This document shows positions 12,612 through 28,168 of a stretch of 64,000 nt of DNA, in pieces (position 1 is the stretch's first letter; each line of letters starts with the position of its first letter). The translations under genes and the position numbers were made by a program. Origin of the DNA: Eledone cirrhosa. Lineage: Eukaryota. Location: assembly GCA_964016885.1 (NCBI GenBank), contig OZ024741.1, forward strand, positions 229,028,001-229,092,000, written 5' to 3'. The notes below the pieces were generated by a model that searched no databases, was not told the DNA's origin, and saw nothing but the letters and a program-made list of their open reading frames with translations.

Positions 12612-12885
12612 GGAGAGGAAGAGAGAGACTGATAGACAGACACTAGATGTAAGTGTGGCGGTTATTTAAGTGAAACACGTGACTACTTATTTTAAGAAAA
12701 GTTCTTTAGCGATGATCATGACATCCTGATCATCGCTTAAGAACTTTCCTTAAAATAAGTAGTCACGTGTTTCACTTAAATAACCGCCACACTTACATCT
12801 AGTGTCTGTCTATCAGTCTCTCTCTTCCTCTCCCTCTCTCTTTCTATCTCTTTATCATCCTCTAACCAATATCAATGTGTACTCA
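12520..12885. repeat. Long palindrome, ~165-200-bp arms, centre ~12720
   Basis: gagtacacattgacattggttagaggatg...gcgatgatca pairs with tgatcatcgc...catcctctaaccaatatcaatgtgtactc. Confidence 0.92.
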
Positions 12886-13123
12886 ACCGATTTACTGTGC
12901 ATGAGACTGTTAGTATTAGTGTGTGTATGGGTGTGCGTTAGTGAATATGTATATTCATATTCATATATATAGAGAGAGTAAGCGATATATGCACACACAC
13001 ACACACATGCGCGTATGTATGTGTGAACTTATATATGTGTCTTGATTATGCACTGTCTCACTCTTTCTCTCTCCCTCTCTGTCCTCTCTCTCCCTATCTA
13101 TATATATGTGTGTGTGTGTGTGT

Positions 13124-13191
<68 letters not shown>

Positions 13192-13501
13192 GTAAGTCCA
13201 AAGAACCTTTAGATAAAATATACACAGTATTTCCTCTCCCAATCAGTATAAATTAACCACATAAAAAAAATCATTTAAACGAGGCTATAAGTTTAAAATG
13301 TACTTATGAAGCAATAATAGACAAATGATACAGATTATTTTCTGCGATGTACAGCCATGTGACACTTATATAATTATTTCTTGTAGCCTGTAGAAATTGA
13401 CTAGACAAATAGTTAACTACACTGAATTAGGTACAATTTATACATATATATATGAATATGTATAAATAAATATATATATATATAAATACACACACACACA
13501 G

Positions 13502-13613
<112 letters not shown>

Positions 13614-15149
13614 GAGTATACTTGTGAGTGTATATCCAGGAGAAGTGAGAGAAAATGAAATAAAAAACGTGCCGTGAGTGTGGCTTGAATGTGGATGATC
13701 ATGAAGGGGTTGGCAGAGTATGATGGCGGTTGTGGTGGTGGTGTTATAATGAGTGGTTATTGCAGTGATGGTGTTGATGAGGACGGTAGGGATTGTGTTG
13801 GTGATGGTTGTATGGATGAGGTGTGGTGGTGTTAAGGGTGATGTTGATGGTGTTATTGGTACTGTTGTAGGTGGTGGTGTGCGTGAAGTTGCTGGTAGAA
13901 AAAACGGTGTAGGGAGTGGCTAAAGGTCTAGGTTTATCTTGTGTCCATGTATTGGTCACTAATTGCCCCATTGTCCAAACAGTAAAGCCTGTTTGTGTTA
14001 TCCACCTCTGAAGTGGGTCTCTTACACCACTTCCCTTGCTTCCTCTCATATCACCCCCACTACCACTACCACTGCTTCCACCAACACCACCATAAACACT
14101 ACAAACACCTACTGTGTACCACCAGTAGGCACACACACACAGATACATACATGCACATACTCATACACGCATACATTTAAACACTACAGTGCACCTCAAT
14201 CACAACCACCAAAAGAAATAATTCCTTCACTACTAGCATCACCAGCAGAAATACAACTAACAACAACAGTAATAATACCTTCACCACCACCATCTCCAGC
14301 AGAAACACCATCACCAACTTTTCTCCCATCAGCAGCACCACTAGCTTCATAATCACCACCACTACCAGCTTCATCACCACCACCAGCTTCACTACCACTA
14401 CTACTACCACCATTACCATCAACTTTATCCGCATCACCGCCACTAGTTAGCGAGGAAACCTCTAGTGAGTCGAGTCGCTCAATCTGTTAAACATTGCAGC
14501 CAAGCCTTCCTCAAATGGTACCCTACCTTCTTCAGAATTGTTATCAAAGTCTTTGTGACTTTTTCAAAAAGTTACGGAAAATTCACGTACAGTTCATCCG
14601 ACAAGCTTTCTCAGTTTTTGCCTACTCGCTACTTGACCAAGATGTCACTGAGTACAATCGTGTTCGGGACCTCATGATTTCTAAACGCACTACTTAACCA
14701 CTCAGCCATGCTTTACATTAGTATATTGCATCATACTCCTATCAATGTGGGGAACCTCTACGTTTAATTCGACCTGCTAAAAATAACAGCCAAATTTCCC
14801 TTAAGTAATACACAATGTCTTAAAGCAATTGATATCTACATATGCATAATGTCTGAAAAAAGACGGGGTGGAGATAGGTAGAACGCTCTAGATCAGAGAT
14901 AAGCACAATCAGATCTTGGGCTAAATGACAACAACGCTATACAAATCTCACTAAAACATAGCACTATACTACTACCCATCTCTACCATTCAACTAAACAG
15001 ACTTTAGTGAGTGTTTCCCATATTGTAGATGTTGCCGGAAATCATGAAAATGGGCGTATGAGAGTCGTGACTGGAAATGTTGCTAATGACAACATAAGAG
15101 ATGGAGACTGTGAGTGGTTGTTCTAATAAGGGTGGAATCATACAAGATA

Positions 15150-15400
15150 ATATCATCATCGTCATCGTCATCGTTTTTCCACGTTGGCATGGGTTGGACG
15201 GGTCCTTTTCAGCACAACATCTCTCCACTCGCCGCGTTCCTTCGTCATCTCGTCTGTGAGTCTCAGTAATTTGAGATCAGCTCTTACTACCTCTTCCCAG
15301 GTCTTCTTTACTGTAGCTAGCTTCATTCCATTGAGAATTCCTGGCTCTTGTTCATCCAAGCGCATCACATGTCCATACCAACGCAGTCTTCTCTCTTACG
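15150..15400 (-). mobile_element. RTE-like LINE 3' fragment with (GAT/GAC)n tail
   Basis: LRWYGHVMRLDE...KTWEEVVRADLK...W; tail gatgacgatgacgatgatgat. Confidence 0.7.
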
Positions 15401-15504
15401 CCCCATTTTTGGAACCTAGTTGGGTTCCTCATCAATATGAATGTATATCATCTAAACAACGACAACGAAATACTTAATCGAGCAGCTTATATGAACTATC
15501 ACTG

Positions 15505-16684
15505 ACGAGGGTCGGCTGACTGTGAAGGGGGATGCTCTACCTTATTCATAACTGTACTGTTTCTTTCCAGTTAAACTGACATCTGACTGTTCAAAGAAGA
15601 CTTCAAAATTAACCAGTAGCGACTTCTCTTGAAAATGGAAAACATTTGGCATCGATGGTTTAGCCCCCAAGGATATTCATTCTGACGTGGTTGCTATATT
15701 AGGGGATGATACTCCGCTTTATCAACAGTGTAAAAGTGGGCAGCTGAATTTAGGAGAGGAATGAAGAGTTTTGGAGGTGACCGATGGTCTGGACGTCCTG
15801 CAACTGCCGCTACCGAGGAAATCATTGATCCTGTTCACCATATGGATATTAGCATATCCTATTAGAGAGTTGAGAATATTCTGCACGATGAACTTGGCAT
15901 GACGAAAGTGTCTGCTCGGTGGGTGCCACGTCTTCTGTCACCTGATCAAAAGCGCACCCGGCGATTACATCACAGGAAAATCTGACATTGTTTGAGGCAG
16001 GTCCAGCAGGTTTGCTTGTACGTTTCCTAATCCAGGATGAGTGTTGAGTTCATCACTTTGAGCCAGAGACAAAGAGACAATACATGCTGTGGAAACACCC
16101 CTCTCTCTCCTGCTCCATAGAAGGCCAAGATCATTTCACCTGCAGGGGAGTTAATGTCCTCAGTTGTGGGAGGTTGAAAGAGGCATTGCGTTTATTGACT
16201 CTCTTCAAAAAGACCACACCTACAATGGAGAGTACTATGCCAACTTGCTGAGGCAGTTAAGAAAAGTTATCAAAGCCAAACGCGAAGTAAAACTGACGAA
16301 AGTGGACCTGGTTCATCAGGAAAATGCTCCAGCACACAAGTCCTTGTTTTCAATGTCTGTTGTGCGTTACTGTGAGTTTAAACTGGTTGATCACTCTCCC
16401 TATTCTCCTGATTTGTCCCCATCTAGCTATCATCTGTTCCCCAACATAAAAAACACTAGGCTGTTAACCAGTATCGCAGTGATGATGCCGTCATTTCTGC
16501 TGTTGATGACATTTTTTTTACCAACAGAATGAAAGATTCCTCACCAATGGGATCCAAACACAGCAATACCGATAGAAGAGGTGTGTGGACCGCAAAGGGG
16601 ACTATGTTGAAAAATAAGCCTAATTTGGTCACATTCCATGAGAGTATCTTAGTCAGCCTATGAACCTATCAGCCGACTCTCGTA
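15505..16684 (+). mobile_element. Decayed mariner (Tc1/mariner) DNA transposon
   Basis: TIR remnants are acgagggtcggctga (15505) and tcagccgactctcgta (end). Transposase motifs WVPRLL (WVPHEL-like), HQENAPAH and HSPYSPDLSPS are present, with frameshifts and stops. Confidence 0.9.
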
Positions 16685-16978
16685 TAGTAATATCCTGAAA
16701 TGAACGTACTAATTTGCATATTATTAATGCTCATATTGGTTGTTAATTAAAATATATACTAAGTTGTACGCTAAGCCGCCGAAGTATATGTTAAAGTTGT
16801 GTTAGTATATATACATTTCAATATGCTGTTAAATGTGTAAATTTACACGTTTACGCGGTCGTTCTACCGCCAATGACTATTTTGAGTTGTCATAATTCGG
16901 TCATTTATCCTACTTCTGTTATCTATCCACATCTCAGCAAGTAAAACGCCCATTTCACTTAGTCCATCATCGTTTCCT

Positions 16979-17055
<77 letters not shown>

Positions 17056-17061
17056 CCTCTT

Positions 17062-17196
<135 letters not shown>

Positions 17197-17315
17197 TATG
17201 TGATTCACTGAATTACTCTTGGTGATACCGAAATAAGTACTCGATGCAGAGGAAGAGTGTATATATTAAGGAAAACGATGTTTCATTTACATGTAGTTAG
17301 TTTCTTATTGTGTAT

Positions 17316-17409
17316 CCACCTGTTACGCGCGTTTCGCAGAGGATTGACTCAAGGTCATCCATGGAAGTTATGGACCTAATTCCATTATCAATCTGCTCTT
17401 CAGAGTGGT
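17316..17409 (-). ncRNA. Hammerhead ribozyme motif (type I, long stem II) inside an inverted repeat 17260-17520
   Basis: Minus strand reads CTGAAGA-GCAGA...TCTGC-GAAA-C-GCGC-GTA, with a palindromic loop 3 and a GUA site. Stem I is imperfect. Confidence 0.6.
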
Positions 17410-17667
17410 AAAAAATTTCTATGGATGACTTTGATCTAATCCTCTGCGAAACGCGCGTAACAGGTCAATACACAATAAAAACCTAATTACATGTAAACGA
17501 AACGTTTTCCTTAATATATATATATATATATATATATGTGTGTATGTATTATGTATATATATATATGTATGTATGCATATATGTAAAAAGGTAAACAGAA
17601 ATAACACAATCGGTACAGTATATGGAAGGAATATATTAGGTTAACGCTTGATATAGCAGGAAGAGGG

Positions 17668-17703
17668 TCTTAACGTTTCCGACACTAGTCCTTCATCAGA
17701 AGA
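17668..17703 (-). ncRNA. Minimal hammerhead ribozyme motif
   Basis: Minus strand reads TCTT-CTGATGA-AGGAC TAGT GTCG-GAAAC-GTT-AAGA. Stem I is TCTT/AAGA and stem III is the palindrome AACGTT. The base of stem II is mismatched. Confidence 0.6.
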
Positions 17704-17722
17704 AGAGAAAGTGGAACGGTTA

Positions 17723-17776
<54 letters not shown>

Positions 17777-17799
17777 TGTGTGTGTAGGTGTGGGTGTGG

Positions 17800-19044
17800 G
17801 TGTGTATAAGGGATAACAAAATATCGTTATAGGTAATCCAGTTAGAGGTTGTGAATACTTCTTATTATGGATAGTTTTAACGTACGGCGTTGTTTGACTC
17901 AACAAGATGTTTACGTAGATAACGAGTTTATGATTTCACTTGTATTCCTATGTAAGTTAATCTTGGAGTAATAAAATTGAAAAAGTAGAGAATAACATAG
18001 TCAACAGTAGAAAAAAGGGGATTTATTTACAGTCTAACAATTGTTTCCCTGATAAAGTTGTCTAAAAATTGCTGAACGCTAGAAGCAGTTCCACTCAATT
18101 TCAAATACAATGCTAGCTCGATCAGATCTTCAGAAACTGTTATAAAAATATATATAACCGGCAAATTTACAAATTCGAATTATATCATCAATAATAATAT
18201 TAATAATAAAGATATAGGGAGAGAAAGAGAAAGAAAGGGAGATAGCTACAGGAGAGAAAGAAAGGAAAACGAAAAAGAAAAAAGAGAAAAAGAAAAAGAG
18301 AAAGAGAAAGAAGATGAAAAAGGAGAAATGAATACAGAGAAAAATATAGATAGAAGAAAATATACGGGAAAATGATGGTAGAAAGAGGAGAGAAAAACAT
18401 AAGGAGAAATAATGTAGGAGAGAAAAATAATGATATAAGCAATAAATGAATAAACATGGATAAATGTAAATAAAAATAAAAATAAAAATAATAATAAATA
18501 TATAAATAAATAAATAAATAAATAATATCTAATATGATATAAAATGGTATAAAATGTGAAAAACAAAAAATGAAAATATTTAAAAAATGAAAAATGAAAA
18601 TATTAAAATAAATAAGTAAAAGAGTAAAAATATGCGAAGAAAATTTAAACATATTAAGATTATTGAGAGTGGTTTTTGAGAATGGCTACAATATAGGGAT
18701 ATACACAGAGATACACGAAGGTATACATGTGATAATGTTAAATATATTTATGTGTGTATTGGTTATTTTAATAAATAAATAAATAAATTAGTTGTAAGTT
18801 ATATTATATGTTAAAATAAAATGTCAGAGATGAAATAAATTTAGGGAAAGAAATATAAAGATAGAGAGAAAAAGATAGAGATATATAATATAAGAATGTA
18901 AATATAAGAGGTTTTGATGTTGTTTTTTGATAGATGATGACAATTATAATTATAGTGATGATGATGTTGATAATGTGATATCATAATAGATCCAAGCGGT
19001 ACAATCTGGGTTATGGAATAGATAGGATGACAATTATAATAATA

Positions 19045-19075
<31 letters not shown>

Positions 19076-20745
19076 CGATGATGTGATATTAAAATAGATC
19101 TAAGTGGTACAATTTGGGTTATGGAATTGATAAGATGAAATTAAGTTGGTCTAAAGTTCTCAAATTTGGTGGCCGTTTATGCCGACAGAAAATAGTTCTT
19201 TCAATTTTACTGTTAAGAAGAATTTTGTTGTAATTTAAAATTTTGTAAAGTTCCATATTACAGAGACCGCAGTGGGACATATAAATTTGATAGGCTGTTG
19301 ATTTTGATAGCTTCGTCCAGCTGATTTTATATTCCATGTTTGCATCCTTGAGTTGCCAGATTTTATTGGCGAGAGTCGTTGTGTTTATGAGATTCCTGTT
19401 AATCATAGAGTGTCTGTGGACGTACCACCTTTTCTTAAACTCCCCAGCTGTGGAGCTGATGTAATGCCATGCTAAGCTACCTGAATTTATAGTACATAGG
19501 TATACTATATTTGTCTCTAGGCATCTATTTTGTCAGGTAGATGGCAGTTACATTTAGATGTTTTTCTATGTGCCGGTTCTTCGATATGGTTTTGTAGGCT
19601 ACTATGTATGGGCTGAGAATTGGGTTTGTTGATGTATTGTGGTGATGTGTTCTGATGTGTGTTTGGTTGTGATGGTGTTATATGCTTATGATTTGTATTT
19701 GGTGTTATGGTACTTATTTGCGGGCTACTTGTATTATAAATTCTTTTATAGTTAATTGTATGTATGTGCGATTCTATGTTGTCGGCAGTGGAGTATGATA
19801 GTTTGATAGTTTTTCTATTAAAGATTTTATGATATTTAGGAATTTTAGGGAAGTGTTTGTCAACCAATTTGAAGAAAGTGTAAGATAGTTTTGTTTTTAT
19901 AGAGGAGTTAAACATTGGATTGAACCATAAATAGTTTCTATTTCTGCATCTTCTATAGTTATTAGTTGTCTTTATATTAGTATTCTGTTCCTTTAATTTA
20001 CGTGCTTGTTGCCCATTTCTATATTTAGTCCTAGATTTGTTGCTTCTATAGGTGTGGATAGTGTTATTAATATTAAGTGTGTTGTTATTTTTTGTATCTG
20101 GTGTGTATTTGAGTCTCTCTTTAAGGCCTGCCTTAACTAAAGCTATGTTGTAGTAGTTAGCGTGTTCGTTAAAAATCTCTAGGTTAGAAGATAGGCGCGA
20201 GATTTTAAGGGATATACTATGTGCTATGGAGTTAATTATGGATCGAGGGTGATTAGAGTTATAATCAATGTAAGCTAAATTTTCATTATTTTTATGGAAG
20301 GGTGCTATTAGTCCTGTGTTAAGGTTGAATGATACATCTAAGAAGTTAGCTTTTTTAGAGTTGGGTTCAAAAGTGATGACAAGGCCTAAATTATTAAAGA
20401 ATTTTCGAATTTTTCTAAGTTTTGATTATTTAGGTTTTTAGCTAAAAGTAGTGTATCGTTTCTATAAATTCCTCCTTGTAAGTTATCAAATTCCTTATGT
20501 AAGATATGTTCTATATAATTTCCGACAATGCCTGTAACTTGGGCTGAATCATTTGGTCCCATAGTTATATCGAAGTTATTCTGTCTATTTTTTCGTTCCC
20601 AGTAGCTATTGTCGAATCTAAGGATTGTTCTTCTAGCAGCTACTATTATTTTAATTTCCTCTGGTGAAAGGTCAGAGTTTTTGTTTGCAAAGAATAGTGC
20701 CTTATTTGGGGTTACTGTGGACCTTGTTGGCCATGTTATTCTTTA
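17800..20745 (-). mobile_element. 5'-truncated Penelope-like element (RT C-half plus GIY-YIG; Naiad-like), decayed
   Basis: Minus strand gives DITMGPNDSAQVTGIVG...GIYRND (RT), FFKLVDKHFPK..KIFNRKTIKLSYS, KCNC, YISSTAGEFKKRWYVHRHS and IWQLK...CGLCNMEL...LLNSKIE...CRH. The clade label is inferred from motif memory. Confidence 0.85.
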
Positions 20746-20775
20746 CTTTTTCAGTTATATGTATATATATATATA

Positions 20776-21463
20776 ATGAAGGACTTACTTTTTCATATGT
20801 AACCCATTTGCAACGCCGCAGCTCCATTATTATCATATTTACACATATATTTTTTCCTCTGCTGCCACCCGTCTGTTTCGTTCTTTGTATCTTTACCCTT
20901 TCTAGCAGTCTCTCTCTCTCTCTCTGTTAGCCTCTTCCTCAACTTTCACTCACTCATTCTCTGTCACCACCTCTCCTCCTCATCCTCTTTCTTCCCGTTT
21001 GACCTGTCCGAATTCTTTTCTCGCGCTCTCTTGGCCAAGCCGGTATGAATTTTTTTTCTCTCTCTATCTCTCGTCTGCGACTTCACAGAACTTATGTTTA
21101 CCGAATTCGCAGACCAGACCCCTTCTTCCTCCCGTTAGACCTGTGCGAAATTCCTTCCTTGCTCACATTTCAACCAGGTTTGATGGTCTTTAGTCTCTCG
21201 TTCACAATTTCACCGAGTTTATATTCATAGAAATCTGGGACTTGTCTCTTTCTTCTCACTTTCCGTTGCTTAAACCATTTTGTTTGTTCACCCTAGCGTC
21301 CCCTTTATTTACGTGTCCCAACGACTTTTTTTAGCCGTTGTTCGCACCAACCGGAGGTATATGGCCTTTAAAGCGATGAAATGCCTAGGACGGTTGGAAG
21401 GCCACTGATGAAGGACTTACTTTTTCATATGTAACCCATTTGCAACGCCGCAGCTCCATTATT

Positions 21464-21470
<7 letters not shown>
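20776..21470 (+). mobile_element. Non-coding element with 63-bp direct terminal repeats (632-nt unit)
   Basis: atgaaggacttactttttcatatgtaacccatttgcaacgccgcagctccattattatcatat occurs at 20776 and 21408. The second copy is preceded by CTG, giving CTGATGA. Confidence 0.65.
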
Positions 21471-21540
<70 letters not shown>

Positions 21541-21541
<1 letters not shown>

Positions 21542-21662
21542 CGTACCGGAGTGGTGAAAAGGGCCTGGCTTTGTGTAAAAGAAAATACAGGAAGATCAGT
21601 TAATTATGATTTTATTCAACATATTCCCCTTACAGATTTACACACTTTTGCAGCAGTCCTAC
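21541..21662 (-). mobile_element. Mariner 3'-end fragment (duplicated at ~29131-29250)
   Basis: Reverse complement ggggaatatgttgaataa (GEYVE*) followed by a TIR-like end. Confidence 0.5.
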
Positions 21663-21749
21663 TACCACTGTAAAGGTAACAACCCTTTCGCCATGCCCTT
21701 AAATATATGTGTGCGTGTGTAAAGAGAGGGAGGGGGAGTTGGAGTTGTT

Positions 21750-21835
<86 letters not shown>

Positions 21836-21836
<1 letters not shown>

Positions 21837-22150
21837 ATAGCCTCAGGCATAGTTGTATACAGATATGTATTGGAATTTCGTATTTCAGAAGAAATATGGT
21901 ATGTTTAAAATAAACATTTGGAGAGCCGTACTATGCGAAAACACAAGTGACTAACGCCGTCTGGCGGTGTCCAGCAGAAGCAATGCAGACAGTCGTGGTT
22001 GCGCATTTCGGACTGCTTCTGCTGGACACGCCAGATGGCGTTAGTCGCTGGTGTTTTGACATAGCTCTCAAATTGTTTATTTTTAATACTATATTTCTTC
22101 TGAAATACGAAATTCCATTACATATCTGTATTCAACTTTGCCTGAAGCTA
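21836..22150. repeat. Imperfect palindrome, ~150-bp arms (duplicate at 29980-30302)
   Basis: agcctcaggcatagttgtatacagatatg...tgtccagcagaagca pairs with tgcttctgctggacac...catatctgtattcaactttgcctgaagct. Confidence 0.88.
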
Positions 22151-22159
22151 AATTGTAAT

Positions 22160-22401
<242 letters not shown>

Positions 22402-22840
22402 TATATACATGTATATATATATATATATATATATCGAATTAAATATATATATGTGTGTATATATATATACATACAACTGTACGTCTGTATACATATGTGT
22501 ATGTACGTGTACATACTTATGCATATATATATACACACATACGCACACATATATATAAATATATATCGTGGGTTTTTTCCCTGTTTTATTGATAGCGCAC
22601 TGTATATATCTCTCTGGTGTGTTACTTTTTCAACATATTGTATTTTAACGAGCTCAGGATTTCTTCTCCTTTGAGCACATTATTTAAAGGGAATAGCGAG
22701 GGCCTATGCCTCCGTTATTTTATCGTATATCTATATATACACAAATACATATACATACACACATACATATAGATATACACATAAATATATATACATATAT
22801 ATACACATACGTACACACATATACACATATATATACATAT

Positions 22841-22882
<42 letters not shown>

Positions 22883-22954
22883 TATCTCCAAAGAAACACC
22901 GGGGGGGCTAACGCCCTCTGGTGATGTCCAGCAGAAGCAAGGGGGACAACTGTC

Positions 22955-23666
22955 TATGCATTTCAGGCTTAAATGGCCTTCGTCATGACGGTGCCTCCCA
23001 CCGCTTGCGACTGCTGGACTAGAAGACAGCTGAGAATATATAGTTTTCTCGTCTGTGTAAAAGAGGTGATTAATCTCATTTGCATATGAAGCTGCATAAG
23101 TTGGCTCAACTTATAATAAAAAAGAACTAGGATTTCGCTTCAAGTATAGCTTTATACAATATGTATAAATATTTCCTATCTCCAAAGAAATACAGTTTTA
23201 GGAAGCCGTAGCTATGCAAACACCGGGGGTGGAGATACGAAATATAATATTTATAAATATTGTATAAAGCTATGCTTTATCCAGGGCGGTGGATTGGCAG
23301 TATCGGTAGAGGGTCGGACGCCATGCTTTCCAGCATAGTTACGTCCCTTTACGATCTGAGTTCAAATCCCGCCGAGGTTGACTTTGCCTTTCATCCTTAC
23401 GGGGGTCGATAAAATAAAGTACCAGTAATGCACTGGGTAATTGCTGGCCTTGTGCCTAAAGTGGAGACAATTATAAGTTGAGCCAACTTATGCAGCTTCA
23501 TATGCAAATGAGATTAATCACCTCATTTACACAGACGAGAAAAGTATATATTCTCAGCTGTCTTATAGTCCAGCAGTCGCAAGCGGTGGGAGGCACCGTC
23601 CTGACCAAAGCCAGCTAAGCCTGAAATGCATATTGTATAAAGCTATGCTTGAAGCGAAATCCTATT

Positions 23667-23670
<4 letters not shown>
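22955..23670. repeat. Rearranged inverted repeat with degenerate hammerheads, interrupted by a SINE
   Basis: 22955-23117 is the reverse complement of 23470-23632. The arms carry gtc-aTGACGA-AGGC..GCCT-GAAATGCATA-gac and CTGACCA...GAAATGCATA. Confidence 0.8.
23284..23471 (+). mobile_element. tRNA-derived SINE
   Basis: gggcggtggattggcagtatcggtag...gagttcaaatccc...gcctttcatccttacgggggtcgataaaataaagtaccag. Confidence 0.88.
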
Positions 23671-23703
<33 letters not shown>

Positions 23704-24269
23704 AGCGAGTAAGACCCCGACGGCTAATTCTGACATATGCTTCTGTAATAGACGGAATACCTATGTATCGCTGCTTGCGTAATCATATAATGTTAGCAAG
23801 TATTCGATAGCAAATGTATAATCAGTTGTCACTTCTTCAGAGAAATTGGTTAAATTGGAAAAAATCAGAAAAATCAAAGTATTTATGTTAGTTGTAAGGA
23901 AGAAGAGAAGGGATAGTATATGACAGATGGCAATTCAATTTGCTGGTAAACAAGTATATAGAAGGTTTTTAATGAGAATACAATGAGTATATGGTTTACT
24001 TTATCTGAATAAGAATTTTTGGGAGTGCCTATTTTAATCTATATTTGACCAGTTGAACAATGGACAGGGCTGGTCGTTTGCTGTAGTAGTATTAATAGAT
24101 TTCATTTTATAATCATTTTTTTCTACATTTTCTCCAGAATATAATTTATACTCGTTGAGCAAACCTACACGTATGCTGTTCATCTCTCACGTGACGATAT
24201 ATTATCACTACATTATTGATAACTTGAAATTTTATATATATATATTTCATTTTATATTCATCTTTTCTA

Positions 24270-25050
<781 letters not shown>

Positions 25051-25557
25051 AATAAATATAAATATACACACAGAGAGGAGAAGTAATCGCACCTACACAC
25101 AGCGATATACATACAAACAAACGGCCTCTCATACAAATACATACAAATACTCATAAATATACGCATATACACAGGCACATAAAAACAGCTCTACAAGCAG
25201 AAAATGCAGATAGGTAACAGGTACTCACATAACGATAGTGGCCGTATTTCAGGTTGAGGGGGGGGGTAGAGGGGCTAAAAGGGGGAAGTTGTTTTTAGCC
25301 ATCGGGCATTAACTCTGGCTTAAGGTATTTGAAATTTCCAAAGTTGTTGTGCATGCAGTTCGGGCATTGTTCAGAGAGTTTGTTGAGTAGCGGGCCCTTG
25401 GCGAATAAAATTTCGGAGCTCTCTGAGATACAATTGTCGCAGCCCTTGTGTCCTCCGTTTTTAGAGCGCGCTTTTCTGGAGTATTTTCCATTCAAGCGTG
25501 AAGGGGGTGGAGTTCCTTTTCAGGTCCCAAACATATAGGCGAGTGTTGTCTGGTTTG

Positions 25558-25614
<57 letters not shown>

Positions 25615-25617
<3 letters not shown>

Positions 25618-28168
25618 TGTATGGTAAAGAGTTAAACAAGATTCAATGAGTACATGAAGAATGAGTTTTACAGTAGATAGGAAAGCACTCTACAGAAAGA
25701 CATTTTCCTGAGTTATTAATATTAAATTCCAATATTAACAAAATAGATGTTTATTATACATATTTCAGAGGTACTTGAATCAAATTCAACAGTACGTCCT
25801 CATCAGATAAAATAAAATGTTACATGACATACCCTAACGTGTTAGATGGTTAAGATTTAATCAAGGTAGTGATTAACTTATAAGAAAACTCAATATTTAT
25901 ACCCTACAAATGAGAACATGCGAAAACGTTATAGAATCAATAGAGAGGGTGTGAGTAAGAAAAATAGTGCTTCAATTTAACAGTTATAGAGTTTTTAAAG
26001 TTTAAAATACTACTGTAGGACTATAGAGGAAGACTATAGATATCTGGAGTTATAATTTTTTCAGTTTTTAGTTTGAGAATGCAACTGATAGATAATTAAA
26101 GAGAGAGAGATAAAGGGGAGTAATTTATGCCCAAATATTTTTCAGACACATATAAACATGGCGGTTAAATTTCAAAATACTTAATTTAATTTATGTTATT
26201 TTAGGGTAACGAATCAAAATTTTAGGTTTTAAAAGTTGATGGTTATTTGTGTTATAAATTTTATAAATTTTATAAATGTGTTAAATTTCTAAAATTTTAT
26301 GAAAACAAATCTTAAGGATTTACTAGGCCCGCGAAAGAAAAATATATACTGTTCAATATTCACGCAAAGGTAATCTTTAACAATATTAACAATATTACTT
26401 GTAACATTGTCAACATTTTCCGTATGTATAGTTTATGAAGTATTTAGAGTTATAATTATCAAGGAATTAATATACAATATAAATATATTTGCACAAGCTA
26501 TATATAGGGTTATACTGAACTAAAATTAAGATTGTGTTATTATACATTATAAACATATTGGCACAAAACTATATACAGAGATATACCGAACTATAATTAT
26601 GATTATGTTATTATACAATATAAACATATCTGCACCAACTACATATAGAGAGATATACTAAGTATTAATGAGACGGTATACATTTAGGAGAGGATAACGA
26701 TTATAATCTTAGATAATAGATTCATACATGCATAACTATAAAATACATAGATATATATTAAAAAAAATGTAAACGCATGAATGATCCACAGTTCAAAATA
26801 AGGTCCGTAAAAATTTACAGGTTAGATATCAAAACTATATTTAAAACAGAGATAGAAAAATAAAGGTCTGGATCAAAGTTAATAATATCCAAAAAGCCAT
26901 AGGTTATGTATATCAACGGTTATTCATTCAAACGGTATTTCCATTATAAATGATTAGAAGATAAAGCATTATTAAAGTTTTATAAGCCATTATGATTTAT
27001 ATTTTCAACAATTGATGATGTACGTCTAAAAGCCAAACTTGGTTGCTTACTGCTTTTTCCTGATCTTATGCGAGGCTTGAAATGTAGACGAAGCTTTATG
27101 AAGGCAGTTTGAGAATAATTCACTTTTTTTGTTAATTAAGTTTTCATAATTATTAATTATCAATAGGGTCTCCATTGTACAGAGAGAGCAGTTGATAAAC
27201 TCCACTATTACAAAGTTTCGTCCAAAAGATAGAGTATTTAAAATTTTTGTCTTTTAATGACCATATAAGCTGTGATAAAGAAGTCGATGATTTCCTATTA
27301 GAATTCGAAAATGAGCATTTATGATTCGCAAATCTAGCCTTAAATGTAGAAGAAGTCGATCCTATGTAGTTGTATGTGTTGTAATCAGTTTTTACGGTGC
27401 ATTTATACACCAAATTACTGTCCAAACAATTATTTTGCACAGGCCAATCTGGTTTATTTCTACAATTACATTTTGATTTATTATTATTTATGTTAACACT
27501 ATTATTAAAATCATTATGCTGATTCTGCTTTAGAATTTTTCTGTTTATTTTAGCAATGTTTTGGGCCATATTCATAGTTGTAGAATAAGATAATTTAATA
27601 GTGTGTCTATTAAAAATGGAATGGTATTTATGTTGACTAGAGAAAGAGCTGTCCAAAGCTTTAAAGAATAGTTTGCTAATGGTGTTATTACTGCTACGGA
27701 AGCAGGGGGGGGGGGACCATATAACTGATTTAGTTCTGGTTCTTTTCCTCGATTTGTTCACGGTATAGGTGTTTGAATTATAATTATTAGAATTTCGTTT
27801 ATATATGCCGTTATTTTTATCAGGATTAAAACTTAGATTATTATCATCTACATATTCTCATAACCTGCGCTTTTTAGCGCTTCATTGTAGTATCCTGCAT
27901 TTTCATCAAATATTGCTTTATTGGCAGATATTCTATTAATGCGTTTTTGCACACTATTTACAATTGCATTTTTTTACTGACTTAGGGTGTGAGTAAGAAA
28001 AACATTGCTTTAATGTAACAGTTAGAGAGATTTTAAAGTTTGAAATACTACTGTAGGACTATAGAGGAAGACTATAGATATCTGGAGTTATAATCTTTTT
28101 AGTTTTTACCCTGAGAATGCAACTGATAGATAATTAAAGAGAGAGAGATAAAAGGGGAGTAATTTATG

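Noticed and set aside
13690-14445. Thr/Pro-rich ORF 13963-14352 as a mucin-like exon
   Set aside because: It is built from degenerate (ACC)n/(GGT)n repeats, with no clear splice signals or domain.
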